From Nemertoderma westbladi (lineage: Eukaryota > Animalia > Xenacoelomorpha): 64,000 nt of DNA. Position numbers and translations under genes: made by a program. Below the pieces are notes generated by a model. It made no database searches, was not told where the DNA came from, and saw only the letters and a program-made list of their open reading frames with translations. Where the stretch lies: NCBI GenBank assembly GCA_032718475.1, contig JAUCBJ010006674.1, positions 1 through 64,000 of the forward strand. The letters are read 5' to 3'. Shown here piece after piece: positions 1 through 12,345 of the stretch (the stretch's first letter is position 1; each line of letters starts with the position of its first letter).

Positions 1-523
1 CTAGTAAAAGGGGTCTATGCAGCTACAGGTGGCACCTCCTTTATGCTGCATGGAGGTGGCAAGTTTTCTTGATCAATGACCTAGAATACCTGACCTGACC
101 TGACAATAACGATACGCTTTGGTCATCTCATACATTATAATCGTCCTCTAGTTTCGGCGATTAGAATAGCAATGGTTGAAGTGCGACTACAACTAAACTA
201 CCGGTACTTTGGTGTGGGTCATTTAGCAGTAAAGGCCCTTTGGCCCTTTTTGAGCAGATAGTTTGTGTTTGGTTAAGCAAAGGGTATACGGAGCTTCTGA
301 TATTGGAGCAATGTGGGAACACAGGTTGCCTTTAAATCACACATTATGCTGTAAATTTAACTTAACTTCTATTATCAAAAATGTCAATTTACCACACAGG
401 AGGTGTATATATTAATTAAAAAATACTAGTGATGACGTCTTCCTGTTTGTTTTACTATTTGGCATTGTAACGGATTCCTACAGGAAGGATATAATTAATG
501 GATTTAAATAAACTCTTACTAAC

Positions 524-990
524 CGAAAGTTTTCGTTGTCTAACCGCTCGCATTGACCGTATTGGCCGCACAGATCCGGTATATCTTTACACGGGTCAAC
601 ATTTTCGCAATTTGTTCCAGAATACTTTGTAGAAGAACAATTACAGTGGTAGGTATCATTAACAGGCGTGCAGACACCCTCGTTCAGACACGGGGCCTCT
701 TTGTTACAAATATTCTCGTATCCACAATCGATCCCAGTGTAAGCCTCTGGACACTGACAGCGATGTGTTCGTTCTGTTAGTTTAACACAAGTTCCACCGT
801 TATTACAGAGTTCACTGACTCCGCAAGGGTCGTACTTGTCGCAGAGCGTACCATAGTAGCCAGGGCGACAGTCGCAGTGGGGTTTATAGTCGGTTCGTCT
901 GGAACAGTTGGCGCCATTCAGACAGGGTTGGGCTACGCACGGGTCTCGTTGTTCACAGTTTGGCCCAATGTAAGGAGGGCTGCACTGACA
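524..990 (-). CDS. EGF-repeat protein, exon (EGF9 end to partial EGF13); gene continues off left edge
   Basis: Acceptor tttatag|, open frame CQCSPPYIGQNCEQRDPCVAQPCLNGANC...CKDIPDLCGQYGQCERLDNENF, donor |gttag; phase 0 start matches the upstream exon. Confidence 0.9.
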
Positions 991-1479
991 CTATAAAGTA
1001 GAAGACATTATTACCGTATTTAATATGTCAAAAAATTATAAAGTTGCAGAAAAAGTTATAAAGTAGAAGATACTTTTATTTCACTAGGCCAACCTTTAGC
1101 TTTTTATTCCCAAACACAATTCCCTTATGTTGTGTAATAATAATGATATTCAACAATTATAATTACTGTTTGTAGAGTAGCGAGAACATTAATTAAACTC
1201 CCTACCAGCTCCCTACCCCTTAAAGCTCCCTACCCCTTAAAGCTCCCTACCCCGCATGACTTTCGCGAGATTATCCGCATCTTCAAAGCCAGTTTCCTTT
1301 ATGTAAGAGGCGTCTCAAGAAAGACATGGACTGTTCAAAATGCATATGTGGTGTGTCAAGTAGAAACGTATATTATCAGAAAAATCTTTTTTTTTAATTT
1401 TTTTATGGATAGGGAATGGATTTTTTAGAATTTTTCGGCCTATCTAGTGGAATATCAGAGTTCAAAACGACACCAGACA

Positions 1480-1830
1480 TCCATTCATATTTCTGTCTGT
1501 CGGTCTATTTGTCTGTCAAACATTAAAAAAACATACTAACTAACAAAAATTCTCGCTAAAAAGGTTTTCGGGTTCGTGATTTCATTTCCGATATCAGTTT
1601 TCACAATTCATGGAATCTATACAGCCTGTCCGCCTGTCTGTCTGTCCGTCTTTTTGTCAGGCTGTCCGTCAAACATTAAGAATACATACAAACTAGCTAA
1701 AATTCTCGTTATGGGGGTTTCTCGGGTTGGTGATTTCATTTCTGATGTAAGTTATCACATTCCATGAAATCTAGACTGTTTGTCCGCCTGTCCGTCACTT
1801 TGCCAATCTGTCTGTCATTAGATATTTGCA
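1480..1830. mobile_element. Non-autonomous repeat with (GTCY)n-like tracts and an internal ~150-bp duplication (HINE/Helentron-like)
   Basis: tgtctgtc/ctgtccgtc tracts, two copies of 'gtcaaacattaa...aaaattctcg...gtgatttcattt'; related inverted sequence near 17110-17205. Confidence 0.35.
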
Positions 1831-2001
1831 AACAAAGGATTGCGTCTATGTGGTTTAAATCAAAATTTTCGGATTCCTCGTAAAATTTTGAGTCAGAAAC
1901 TGTCGTTCTAGCCCATAGTGTCTTGCAAGAAGAAAAATAAACATATCATAAAACTTTAAATGCGTTTTTCTCAGATCGTCTTTTTTTTATACTAGATACG
2001 T

Positions 2002-2230
2002 TTATACTTGACACGCCACATATTCTCTCCGTGCGCTGCCGAACAACGAGATCGTGCACGGCATGGTCCTCACGCAGAAAACAATATCTTGAAAAGCGGA
2101 AAGGCTCCGTTCAAGTGTCACAATTGGGGGGACCAAAGAGACACCTCCAATGCTTATTAGTGTCTGGATGGAGAAAGGACCCGACATTTTGGTCCATAGC
2201 GAAAACACATTTTTTCGCTTCAATTAGATT
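2002..2230 (-). mobile_element. RTE-type LINE 3' ORF2 fragment
   Basis: SIQTL..IGGVSLVPPIVTLER is homologous to the fragments at 13906-14106 and 45559-45897. Confidence 0.7.
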
Positions 2231-2343
2231 ACAACGAATCTTGGCACTTAATCAATATATTAATAGCCCCAGTATTGATAGTTGGACAAATTTAAATAAT
2301 ATACTTACATTTACAATAAATAGTTTATGAAATGTAGCGTTAC

Positions 2344-2507
2344 CTCGTATGAATCCGTTGTATTTTTACAAACTCCGGAATGTCGACATGGAGTGCGTCT
2401 GCAGAGGTTTTCTTTCTCACAAATATCACCATAGAAACCAGTAGGACACATGCAATGATACTGATGCGACTGAATTCTTTGACATGTACCGCCATTAAGG
2501 CAGTTTT
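2344..2507 (-). CDS. EGF-repeat protein exon
   Basis: cctcag|AA AAC TGC; NCLNGGTCQRIQSHQYHCMCPTGFYGDICEKENLCRRTPCRHSGVCKNTTDSYE|gtaac; 164 nt, phase 1 to 0. Confidence 0.9.
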
Positions 2508-3063
2508 CTGAGGAGGAAAAAATCGAAAATTGTATCAATATGTTTGCTGTTGTTGATTATTCCTTGTTGATTATTTTTTCAAGTTTTCTTACCCTTTACT
2601 GATGTATTAAATATATACATATACTGTATTACAAATACAAGTTTGAGGGAGCTGAAATGAGATCCTTCCAGGTTTCCCATTTATACATAGTTAGTTGTCG
2701 CAATTTCGTTTCTCCCAAATCAAATATCCATTTCAAGTTGTTCTCTATATATCATAGCCAGTCGTCCCCACGTGGATGCCTATTGTGTTGGTTACCAAAA
2801 AAGTAGTTCTGGAAAGACCTCATGTTTACTTATCCAATTGTGTAAACAGAATCGTATAGTCTGCGCTCATGTAGACTATAGTTGGTACAGGTCGTATTGT
2901 ACAATATAGGTCGGTGTTTGTCATGTGTTGTCTCCAGCTGATGTTTAATGCTTGTTAAAATTAACTGTAAGTTTCATATCTACTCTTTCAAATACTCTAA
3001 AGGGTGGGGTTATTAAAATAATTATTATGAATTACTATTAAAAAAAAGGTAATGTGCTCTTAC

Positions 3064-3215
3064 CTCCTGGATTGTGGCTGTATTTACATGGGGAAAATAG
3101 TTGGCAGTCCTTTCCCGCCCACCGCTTCTCGCAGGTACACATATAGTCGTTGTGGCCCTGAAAGTCGCACTTGGTTGCATGGATACTGCAAGGTCTATCG
3201 CTCACACATGGGTCA
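3064..3215 (-). CDS. EGF-repeat protein exon
   Basis: ttttgcag|T GAC CCA TGT; DPCVSDRPCSIHATKCDFQGHNDYMCTCEKRWAGKDCQLFSPCKYSHNPG|gtaag; 152 nt, phase 2 to 1. Confidence 0.9.
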
Positions 3216-3547
3216 CTGCAAAAGGGTTTAAGAATAAGAGATATAAAATAATTTGACCTAATGTGGATAGAAATGATAATGCATATTGTTGGTCTATTTT
3301 GTACTTTTGCATTTGGTACCGGTATCTTTACTATTTACCACAACTCGCCTATTCCTTTTGAATTATTCTATCACAGATAATATAAAAGTACACTGCATAC
3401 AAAATAAAAAGCCCTCCACCGAAGTCAACTTTGAGTTTTACATATAAGATTATAAAAAAAGGGGGGAAATTTAAAATGATTTAAAATTATCTTAGTTTAC
3501 TATTTACTAGTTTTCTGTTTATTTACTTGTATTCTTTATTCACTTAC

Positions 3548-3723
3548 CGGAACTGACACATCTGTCCTCTATACTCCTTGGTACATTTGCAAAGGAACCC
3601 ATCGGAGGCGCTGGAACTGATGACGCAGCTCCCGTTGTTGTGACAGGGACTGCTGGTACATGCGTCTCTTAGTTCGCAGTTGGTTCCTTTAAACCCAACT
3701 GGACAACTGCATTTATATTCCTC
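3548..3723 (-). CDS. EGF-repeat protein exon
   Basis: tttag|[33 protein letters not shown]...[14 protein letters not shown]|gtaagt; 176 nt, phase 0 to 2. Confidence 0.9.
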
Positions 3724-4014
3724 CTAAATTTGTAATAAGAAAGTAACATTTAAGAGCATTGCAGACCACATAGGCATAAAAGAAATCAAACAGCACTTTA
3801 ATAAATTATATCAATAGGAATCTCTTGCAGCTCAGTTCGCCCGAAGGTGTTGGTTAACTTTGACAAGGACGTTGGGATGGGAATATTCCGGTAGTAATGA
3901 TGATATATCTGTGGCCAGTTTTGGACGACACGTTAGCTTTAGATTGCTCCCAAACTTACCAGCATTAGATCGCAGCTCATATTATATGTTATATTGCTGA
4001 AGGGAACATCTAAC

Positions 4015-4200
4015 CTGGGTTATATTGCTGCAAACGCCCCCATTGAGACAGGGGTTGCTTTTACACGGATCTTTTAGTTCGCAGAAAGCTCCGTGAAGTC
4101 CGTCCGAGCACTGACAAAGGAACTCAGTTTGGGACATATTGACGCAAACCCCGTTTCCATGGCAATTTATATTCGTGCAACTGTTGTAAAACTCGCAATT
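4015..4200 (-). CDS. EGF-repeat protein exon
   Basis: cctag|NCEFYNSCTNINCHGNGVC...CKSNPCLNGGVCSNITQ|gttag; 186 nt, phase 0 to 0. Confidence 0.9.
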
Positions 4201-5094
4201 CTAGGAACAAAATGAAAACATTCATGCATATTTTTAGGTTATATTTTTAGAAAAATAAGTTGATTATGAATGTACCACCAAGGTGCTATAATTCCCAGTC
4301 ATCATCAAATTCAAAATGTCCAGGAATCATCTCATTGGCGTTATTGGTTAGGTTTGTGTTATTTAATAGCTAAATGTGGTTGGTATACCATAGCACTGTG
4401 ATAGCAAGCAACCTTCGCCAACCCCCATCCCTCTTATACCCACTTGTATTGATTGCCTTCTCGGCTTAGTCTTCCGCTTTTATATCTGAATATAATTGAT
4501 CCGCCTCATTTGCAGTGGCCCCCCCGCTCTGTTTTCCAATTGAGTCATGAAACTCCAGCTATAAAAACTTATAGGAAAGCAACCGACTTAGTCCATGCTG
4601 ATAATCTGGCGGCTGCGGTATTTTCCATTGCTCCCTCAAATATCTTGTTATTAGTGCAGCAAGATTAAAGGATTGCTTAGCTGACCATGCCAGTGTTATC
4701 TTTGTCCATCTTATTCCTTATTTATATTGTGCAATCATGTGGCGGAGATTAAAGTTTTTAGTATAGCATATGAAATACCCAGGAGGCATGTGCTGCTGGC
4801 TGGCAAAGCATCACAATATTATAATACACAATCGCCATATAATTAAAAACAAGATCTCGCTTCGAGCTAGAATGTTGAATGAATTGCTGGAAATAAACCA
4901 ATTTGTAGGTAAATATAATGAATATTTTTCCAAAACAAGTTTGTCCTTATATGGATATATAATGTAATAAGGAGAATATAGGAAACATAAGTAAATAAAT
5001 ATTATATTCATATTGTCCATAAATATAACTAAATAATTTATGTTTATTAATATAAAATTAACATAAATACATCGTCACAAATTTCATACCACTC

Positions 5095-5260
5095 ACATAC
5101 ATACATACATATATACATACATACATACACACCTATCCCTATATCCATATAGGGGTCAAACCCCACCAGGATGCATCGCTTACTGGCCCCGTAACGCAAT
5201 TAATAGGCGATCAGCCCTGTAAATCCACAATTCATCTGTTTTATCAAGTCTTATAAAGTC
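5095..5260 (-). mobile_element. LINE/SINE 3' tail with (TATG)n repeat and terminal hairpin
   Basis: (taca)n run next to the hairpin ccctatat-cc-atataggg; resembles RTE-type tails. Confidence 0.35.
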
Positions 5261-7168
5261 TTTCTCAACAGACGGTTTAGGACACAAATTTATCGGTGAC
5301 TAATTCAATATATTGTTTGTTGACCTCAATGCATTAACTATATAGCTTCTACAACGCGATGGATGATGCATTCTTCTTCCGTAACCAACTGTGAGGATGA
5401 GGACCATATCACTATGGGACGAACGACTAAGTAAGTTTTAGTAAGTTAAGTTAAGGAACTAAGTAAGTTAGTTTTTGGGAGTCAGGTGGGGGCGGGATTA
5501 TTGATGCAAATCCAATCTCGGCGAATTAACAATGTCAATTATCAATAAAAGGAAAGGAGCAGGTTAAGAGACATCTTATTCCAACCAAAACAATATTTTA
5601 TTTTTGCTCCTAATCAGCTGTTATCAGTTGTGACGACGGTTCAATTTTGAATGCGTCGAGAGTCCTCCATCTGAAGTTTTGGTATACTTTCCGTGAGTTT
5701 CCTAACATCATAAAGAATCCAATCAGAATCTCGTGTCGATGTACCGGGATGGGAAGCTAACTGCAATATGTTATAATCATAAAAGTTTGCATATCGGTGG
5801 AATATAGGATACCGATTTGCAGTAAGGCAAACTAAGTCGCTACATGATCAGGGGCAGTTGGTTACTCCACCCAAAATTGATTTAATTATCATATTGGTGA
5901 CAGGGGCACGGGAATCCTTGTAGGCCCATCGAATCCTGCTCTAATCTCGTCTAATTCTCTGCTGCTGACTTTGCCATGTGGTATCGTTAATGACGAACTT
6001 TGATATGTCCAATTACTATGGTATCCGTGAATTGGTATAACTGACTGCCCAGCAATGGTTGAACCACTACCACTCAGTTACTCACTCGTTATTCACTAAT
6101 GATTGAAGGCAGGCATTGCATATCTTATGAAAAATATTTGAATTTATTATTATTAAATCAGTTAATAATGAATTTACATAAATTCATCATTAACTATATA
6201 GAAATAGTCACTATATTGTACAACATAATCGGGCTATTCACATTAATTAATGCCCAGTATCCATTGTGAACTAAAACCCGAAAAAACAGTAGGTCTGGGT
6301 GTTCTGTTTCGTTTTCAAATCAAAACTTAATAATTATATTATGAGTGGCGCACATTAATATGTGCGCGCATGATATGAGGCCGTGTGTGTATCAATGTAA
6401 TATATTGAATATGTATGTATTCAATATTTTTATATTCAACTTTTCATTATCATTAGTAAATAAACAAAACCATCTGGCTATATAACACACACAATCAAAC
6501 ATTGAAAGAACATTGTCACATCGGCTTCTCTCATATCTTAAAAGCTCTAATCATTTTAATAATTACCATTCCATCATGCAATTTAGTTAAAAGGCCTGTG
6601 ATAATCACGAGAATTCCCCATCAGATAAATAACTCCACTCATGTCACATTTCATTATGTAGCTGATGCCTCACAGTGATCGGTCGGTTGTGTTACTGAAT
6701 ACTGTTCTTCAGCGGTACCGGTAGAAGGCAATACGTAATTCTACGTTTTTGTCACGAAATTGCAAGGATATGACATGCGGCCTTTCCTGAATAATTCAAT
6801 TGCGCAATAATATATTATCATTCCCTAGTAACTGGACGCGGGGAGTATGGCACGTTGCATAGTACACTAATGGCATTCATTATGATAAGTGACCATATTT
6901 TTGCCAGTTGATGAGAACAAAGCGATAACTCAAATAGAAATACTATGCCAAACCAATGATAAATTTCATTATATATATTCTAAAATATATGTACTTATGT
7001 GCGTATATGTAATATGTAATATATACACTCAAAAATTACTACAATAATTCCGGTTTGTTGTGTAAACTTATTATCTGAGAGCATGAACTATATGAAGAAA
7101 ATAAACAAATAAACCCTAATATGTTTCTTGGATTTGATTTGATATGATAAGGTATAATTATATCTCAC

Positions 7169-7313
7169 CTTTCCGTAATATCCTTTATTGCAATCACAAG
7201 TGTATTCCTTTTTATTTTGAGGACGTGTCTTGCAAACCGCGCCATTTAGACAGGGGTTTGTCCTGCAGACATCGGCTTCCGAACAATTCTTGCCAAGGAA
7301 ACCCTTTTGGCAA
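7169..7313 (-). CDS. EGF-repeat protein exon
   Basis: ttgcag|T CQKGFLGKNCSEADVCRTNPCLNGAVCKTRPQNKKEYTCDCNKGYYGK|gtgag; 145 nt, phase 2 to 0. Confidence 0.9.
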
Positions 7314-8996
7314 CTGCAATGAGAAAGATTCAGAATATTAATAATTGAAGCGGTTAGTTCGAAAAGGGACTTAATGACAAATTTTCCAAAATAATTTTTA
7401 TTGCCTACATATAGCAGGATTTAAAGCTCTACCCGCCAGTGAGAGCTACAAAGCCGTATCGCAATTCCTTCTATGAGAAATCCGAGAAACAAAATTTCCC
7501 TTTTCTCTGGCTCTGGGCTACCAACACACAAATCGAAGTACCAAACCTGGGTTACCAAGAACCAAAGCCAGACTTCATATGAAATTCAACATGTTTCAAA
7601 ATATCAACATTAAAAACTGGTAGGATGTTTGATTGTTTGATGGAAAGATGTTGCGTTTTCATTATTATATTTTATTATCAAACAGGTAAAACGTTTGACT
7701 AATGATAATTATTTAAGATGAAGGGGCATTTATTATTTATTAACTTAGGTTGTTTTAATCCAACAAGATGCAGAAGTACATTTTTAAGATTGAGGGATTG
7801 TAGCGATGGGTGAAACTGTAACCGGAGCGGCACATTAATGAGGTTTCTTTATGGATAAGCTAATGTTTTTATAATTTGACCGGTGTGATAGTTGGCATAT
7901 CGAGAATGGATGGACGGGTAGGACACAGGTTGTGGCAGTGACGAGCAATTACCAAGAAATAATTATCCACAGCCGTCAAAATGAAACACTAAACTGTCAC
8001 AAATCCGAAATCAAAAGAAAAAAAATCTACACATTTTTTGACAACATTATTTGCAAATGAAGATTAAACTAATTCTGCAATTTAATTCACTATACTGAAG
8101 CTAAAACTGAATCCAAAATATTTTCTAATCTGTCTTAGTATTGATTTACATTATTGCTGCTGGCTCGCATCCTTATCGCAGATACGAAGAAATTAGGACT
8201 CTAGGATGAATATAGTCGGGATAATTGCCAAACTGTCTCTCAACGAAAAAAATAATTAAATACTTGTCTACCCCGCAGCCATAAAGCAAGCGATAAACAT
8301 TATATGAAAGGTATCACAATAAAAATTTATAATTAATCAATTCAGAATGTTAATGGCTCAAATTGAAACTTTATGCAGTAAAACAACACGTTCGGTGTAG
8401 CTTCTGCGCAGGACGAAGTAAGCAAGCTTGTTGTATGGGTACCACTATTTCAGCTTTTCCCCACTTGCCCTCCAGTGGGAGAATGGGGTACTGCTGACTG
8501 CTGAGTCCCCCACTCCAATTATATTTAAGACTTTGTACAGACTACGTGTGTACAAAGTTTGGTTTAATTAATATAATAAATGAATGAAATGAAATGAAAA
8601 GATTTAATAAATTATCAGCCTTCAAACATTTGCCGACAGGCAGACAGATAACGGTTGAAACAGCGGTATTGTGTAAATCAGTAAATATTTCACATTGATG
8701 AAATGGGCTTTGTATAAATAACTACCCAGTATATTATTAACCCTGATAATACCCATAATATTATTTGTTCCCAAAGCAATGCCTACACTTCCAACACAAA
8801 CACAATGCTAAAAGTATAATAAACTTATTGACAGACAAATAGACTCTGGCCTATAACAGTAATCGATCTCATTGTTAACTTACTGACAGATATATCGACT
8901 CTTGAGTATAAAATTCTCGGACCCGTTGTTAACTTACTGACATGACAGGCAGATCAACGCTCATATATAACAGTACCGGTTCCATTGATAACTTAC

Positions 8997-9186
8997 TGAC
9001 AAACATATCGACTCTCATCTATAACTGTACAGGTTCCATTGTTTTCGCACGGCTTTTCACTGCAGGCATCAAAGTCCTCACAATATTTTCCATGCACATT
9101 TTTGTTTAGGCACTGGCATGTAAAGTTGTCTGGATTAACTTCATCCTGTATGCATGTCCCATAATAGCAATGGGCTAACTGACAAC
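8997..9186 (-). CDS. EGF-repeat protein exon (first EGF repeats)
   Basis: tttcag|GT CQLAHCYYGTCIQDEVNPDNFTCQC...CSEKPCENNGTCTVIDESRYVC|gtaagt; 190 nt, phase 1 to 2. Confidence 0.9.
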
Positions 9187-9669
9187 CTGAAATAGAAATA
9201 TAAACAATTAGAGAACTGACTGGAGATGAGGTGGATTGCACATTCCCTCTGGAATGACACTTACAAAGAAATGACAGAAAAATCAATGCAATACCTATTT
9301 CCCTGTAAATTCCAATAACTCTCCGTTTGACAGTTATCATAATACAATTATTATACAACTGCCTGATAAAAGAGGCTGATTTCATTTCTCAGCATCGGAG
9401 CAGCAAGCCTAATTAAATATTAATAAAACGCCTCATTACCGAGGCCTAACTGCTTTGAATTTAATAAATGTCAATTGACAAACTCAATCCTGGGTGTCAT
9501 GAAAGGGTCTCCAAAGTGATGCTTCAATCTTTCTTAAGTTGCTGTTTTTTTGCACATGGTATCAAATATATTTTATTAATAATTATTGTAGGGAAACACA
9601 GAAGCCATATTGGCAATAATGAAATCTAGGTTATTTAGGTTATAATTATTCTAAACAAAAGACCCTAAA

Positions 9670-9900
9670 ATATTGACTACCACAAGGTTCTGTGCTCGGC
9701 CCTATTTTATTCTCTATTTATACTCGATCACTCTCGAAAGTAATTGCTAAATACGGTATATCGTTCCATTTCTACGCTGATAACACAATTTATCTCGCGT
9801 TCAAACCGCAAAACCGCACTGCAGCCAATGAAAAAATGGAGCGTTGCTTGATCGATGTGCGTAAATGGATGACCGAACATTTGTTTTCCAACAAGGACTG
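9670..9900 (+). mobile_element. L2/CR1-group LINE reverse transcriptase fragment
   Basis: [16 protein letters not shown]...FHFYADNT (RT motifs QG and degenerate YADD). Confidence 0.8.
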
Positions 9901-10677
9901 TCATATAGCAAGCAGCAGTCTCGCCAGCTGCCCGGAATAAACTTACCTACATGTTACTAATTGATTGATACTAAATGTTGCTTGAAGACTAAACGATGTG
10001 TAAGGATAATCCATACTGTCGACATCTAGGGGAGGGGTCTGCCATTTATAATGTGTAGAGGTTATGCTTATGGATATAGGTTCTTCCACAGCAATAAAAA
10101 CTATTCAAATTATTCGCGAGGCCTTGATGTGCTTGATTTTCAGTTTTGGTCTGTATAAATTTAGTTTTTCTTTTGATGTTTTAATCGCCTGATGAAGATG
10201 CCCGAAAGGGCCCGCGAATAATTATTATATTATTTATTGCTAAGGAAGCCAGCCCCTCTATCTATAACCTCTACATGTATAAGGATAACACTGATGTCAG
10301 TTTACATTCGTGTGGTATTTGATCAATAGCGTAACACCTATTATTATTTATTTATATAATAACTCAAAATCGGATTTAAAAAAATGTATAGAGCAAATTG
10401 AAATGAGATAATATTATCGAAGGAGAGTAAATCCCCAGGCTCATGGCACTTATGATATATTCAAAAGCAATGGTATTGAAAAATATGCTACATCATCCAA
10501 TGATCTAAACGCTAAAAAAAACGGTTAAAAATATAATTTATAAAATGGGAAAACTTTTGTTTGACTATAATAAATGTTGATATATATACTATGATAAAGT
10601 AAACCTTACCCCAAAGATGGTTACGCTAATTAATGTCTCTCATGACCCGAAGATGGTCATGATAATGTCTCACTTAC

Positions 10678-10777
10678 CCCGAAGATTGTTACGCTTTCGT
10701 CTTGATGTGGCCCCTGAATGACTCTCTTTCTTATCGTTTGGGGGTATTACACTATGTGGCTGAATGTATATTCTCAC
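10678..10777 (-). CDS. Linker exon with RRKR furin-type site
   Basis: tttcag|VRIYIQPHSVIPPNDKKESHSGATSRRKRNNLR G|gtaagt; 100 nt, phase 0 to 1, joining the cadherin-like exon to the first EGF exon in frame. Confidence 0.8.
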
Positions 10778-11282
10778 CTGAAATAAAAAAAAGGCTGAAT
10801 GTATAATTTTCACCTGAAATAAAAAAAATATTAACAATATTAATGAAAAAAAAGAATTTTTACCCCATTCTTACTTTGTCTTTTGAGGCAAAGCTCTTTC
10901 ATCATTAACCCTTTTATGTTTAATCAATTTATTATAGGAACTGTTCTAGGGATCTTAACCTCGAATGATAAATTTATTTTACCGAAAATAACTTATCTTT
11001 TATTGGTGCAATTGTAGAACCAATCCAATCACATACATACATTTTAACCGGGTAGTGTATAAGATTAGGAATCACATAATTTTATATTGAAATAAATATC
11101 TCCCCAAACCACTTATGCGTTTCGACCTTACTGGGCCTCTCTCTCTATTCATCGTGGTTTCGTATTCGAAACTGGGACCTCGTATTAATGTCGTCAAAAC
11201 CAGCTATCATTTTATTAGCCACTGATTTTTATTAATCATAGTGACAATGTGTTGGCAAGTGTGTTTAAATGTAAGAATAAAT

Positions 11283-12345
11283 GTACAGGGTGTCCATAAA
11301 ATGTTATACTTTTTTTATTTTGCTTTGTGCAGCTCCATGTTAATGATTTTCAATAATTATGGTGCTATTGGATAGCTAGAGAGTACTATTTTTTTGTTTC
11401 AAATTGATTTTGAGACAAATTAATTTTATTTTAAAGAAAGAAAGACTTTGCATAATTTCAAAAAATGGTATATATAATATGCATGATGGTTCGAAAAGAC
11501 AAACTGTCTTACAATTTGCACAACAATTCCCTGGGGAATGCCATCCTACTAATACTAACTAACATCAAGTGGGTTATCATTAAATTTAGCTCAGAGAAAA
11601 CTCTATTGAGAAAACATGGTTATGGTCGGGTCTCGCTTACGAAAGTAAGATATATGAAATCGAGTCTCATTTCATAGGCAACCCAGAGAGTTCTCTAAGG
11701 CTGGCTGGACTAGCCCTTGGGATAAGTAAAAGCACCACTCAACGAGTCATTAAGAAACTGAAATTTAAGCCAGACAAGTTACATATATTACATGGTTTAC
11801 GTACTACCGGTACAGTTTTTACTGCAGCCCTGTCATGCAGTAACAGTTAATTAATTAATTAATATATATTTCCTGAAGAAGGCCTTAGGGCAGAAATCGA
11901 TAGAAAACTCATCTTATTTTGTTTTAGTTTTGAGCTGATAGACCACTGGCTTCCACCATTTAGTGAATATTATGATAAACAACTCCCTAACGACGGTGTG
12001 TTGGCACATCAGAAACGTGTCTGATGAGGCAAGTGACCTTATTAAGCGAGTGTAATTTGTGCGGAGTCCATATCAATGTTCCTAAACAACAAATCACCAG
12101 AACATGTATTTTCCAGTGATGAATCCACATTTCTTCTATCCGGGCATGTCAACCGATGGAACTGCCGATTTTGGGGGAAAGTGAAGCCACATAAAATTAC
12201 TCAAAACTTCCGTGACTCTCCCAAAATGATTGTAGGCCGCTATCTCGATAACCAGAGTTATTGGGGCATTTCTTCTTCACTAATAATGTGAACAGTACCA
12301 ACTATTTGGAAATGCTACAGCAGTTCTTTGTCCCCCAGCTTGATG
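11283..12345 (+). mobile_element. Degenerate Tc1/mariner (Tc3/maT-like) DNA transposon
   Basis: TA+CAGGGTGTCC terminus at 11283; transposase remnants VFSSDESTFLLSGHVNRWNCRFWG...RDSPK and NYLEMLQQFFVPQL, frameshifted. Confidence 0.78.
11869..11906 (+). ncRNA. Minimal type-I hammerhead ribozyme-like motif (Penelope pLTR type)
   Basis: UUUC-CUGAAGA-AG-GCC(UUAG)GGC-A-GAAA-UCGA-UA-GAAA: stem I UUUC/GAAA, core boxes, palindromic UCGA loop, UA cleavage site; the C before GAAA is replaced by A. Confidence 0.55.

Noticed and set aside
12006-12035. CTGATGAG as a hammerhead core
   Set aside because: Part of a small hairpin (catcaga/tctgatg) with no stem II-GAAA downstream
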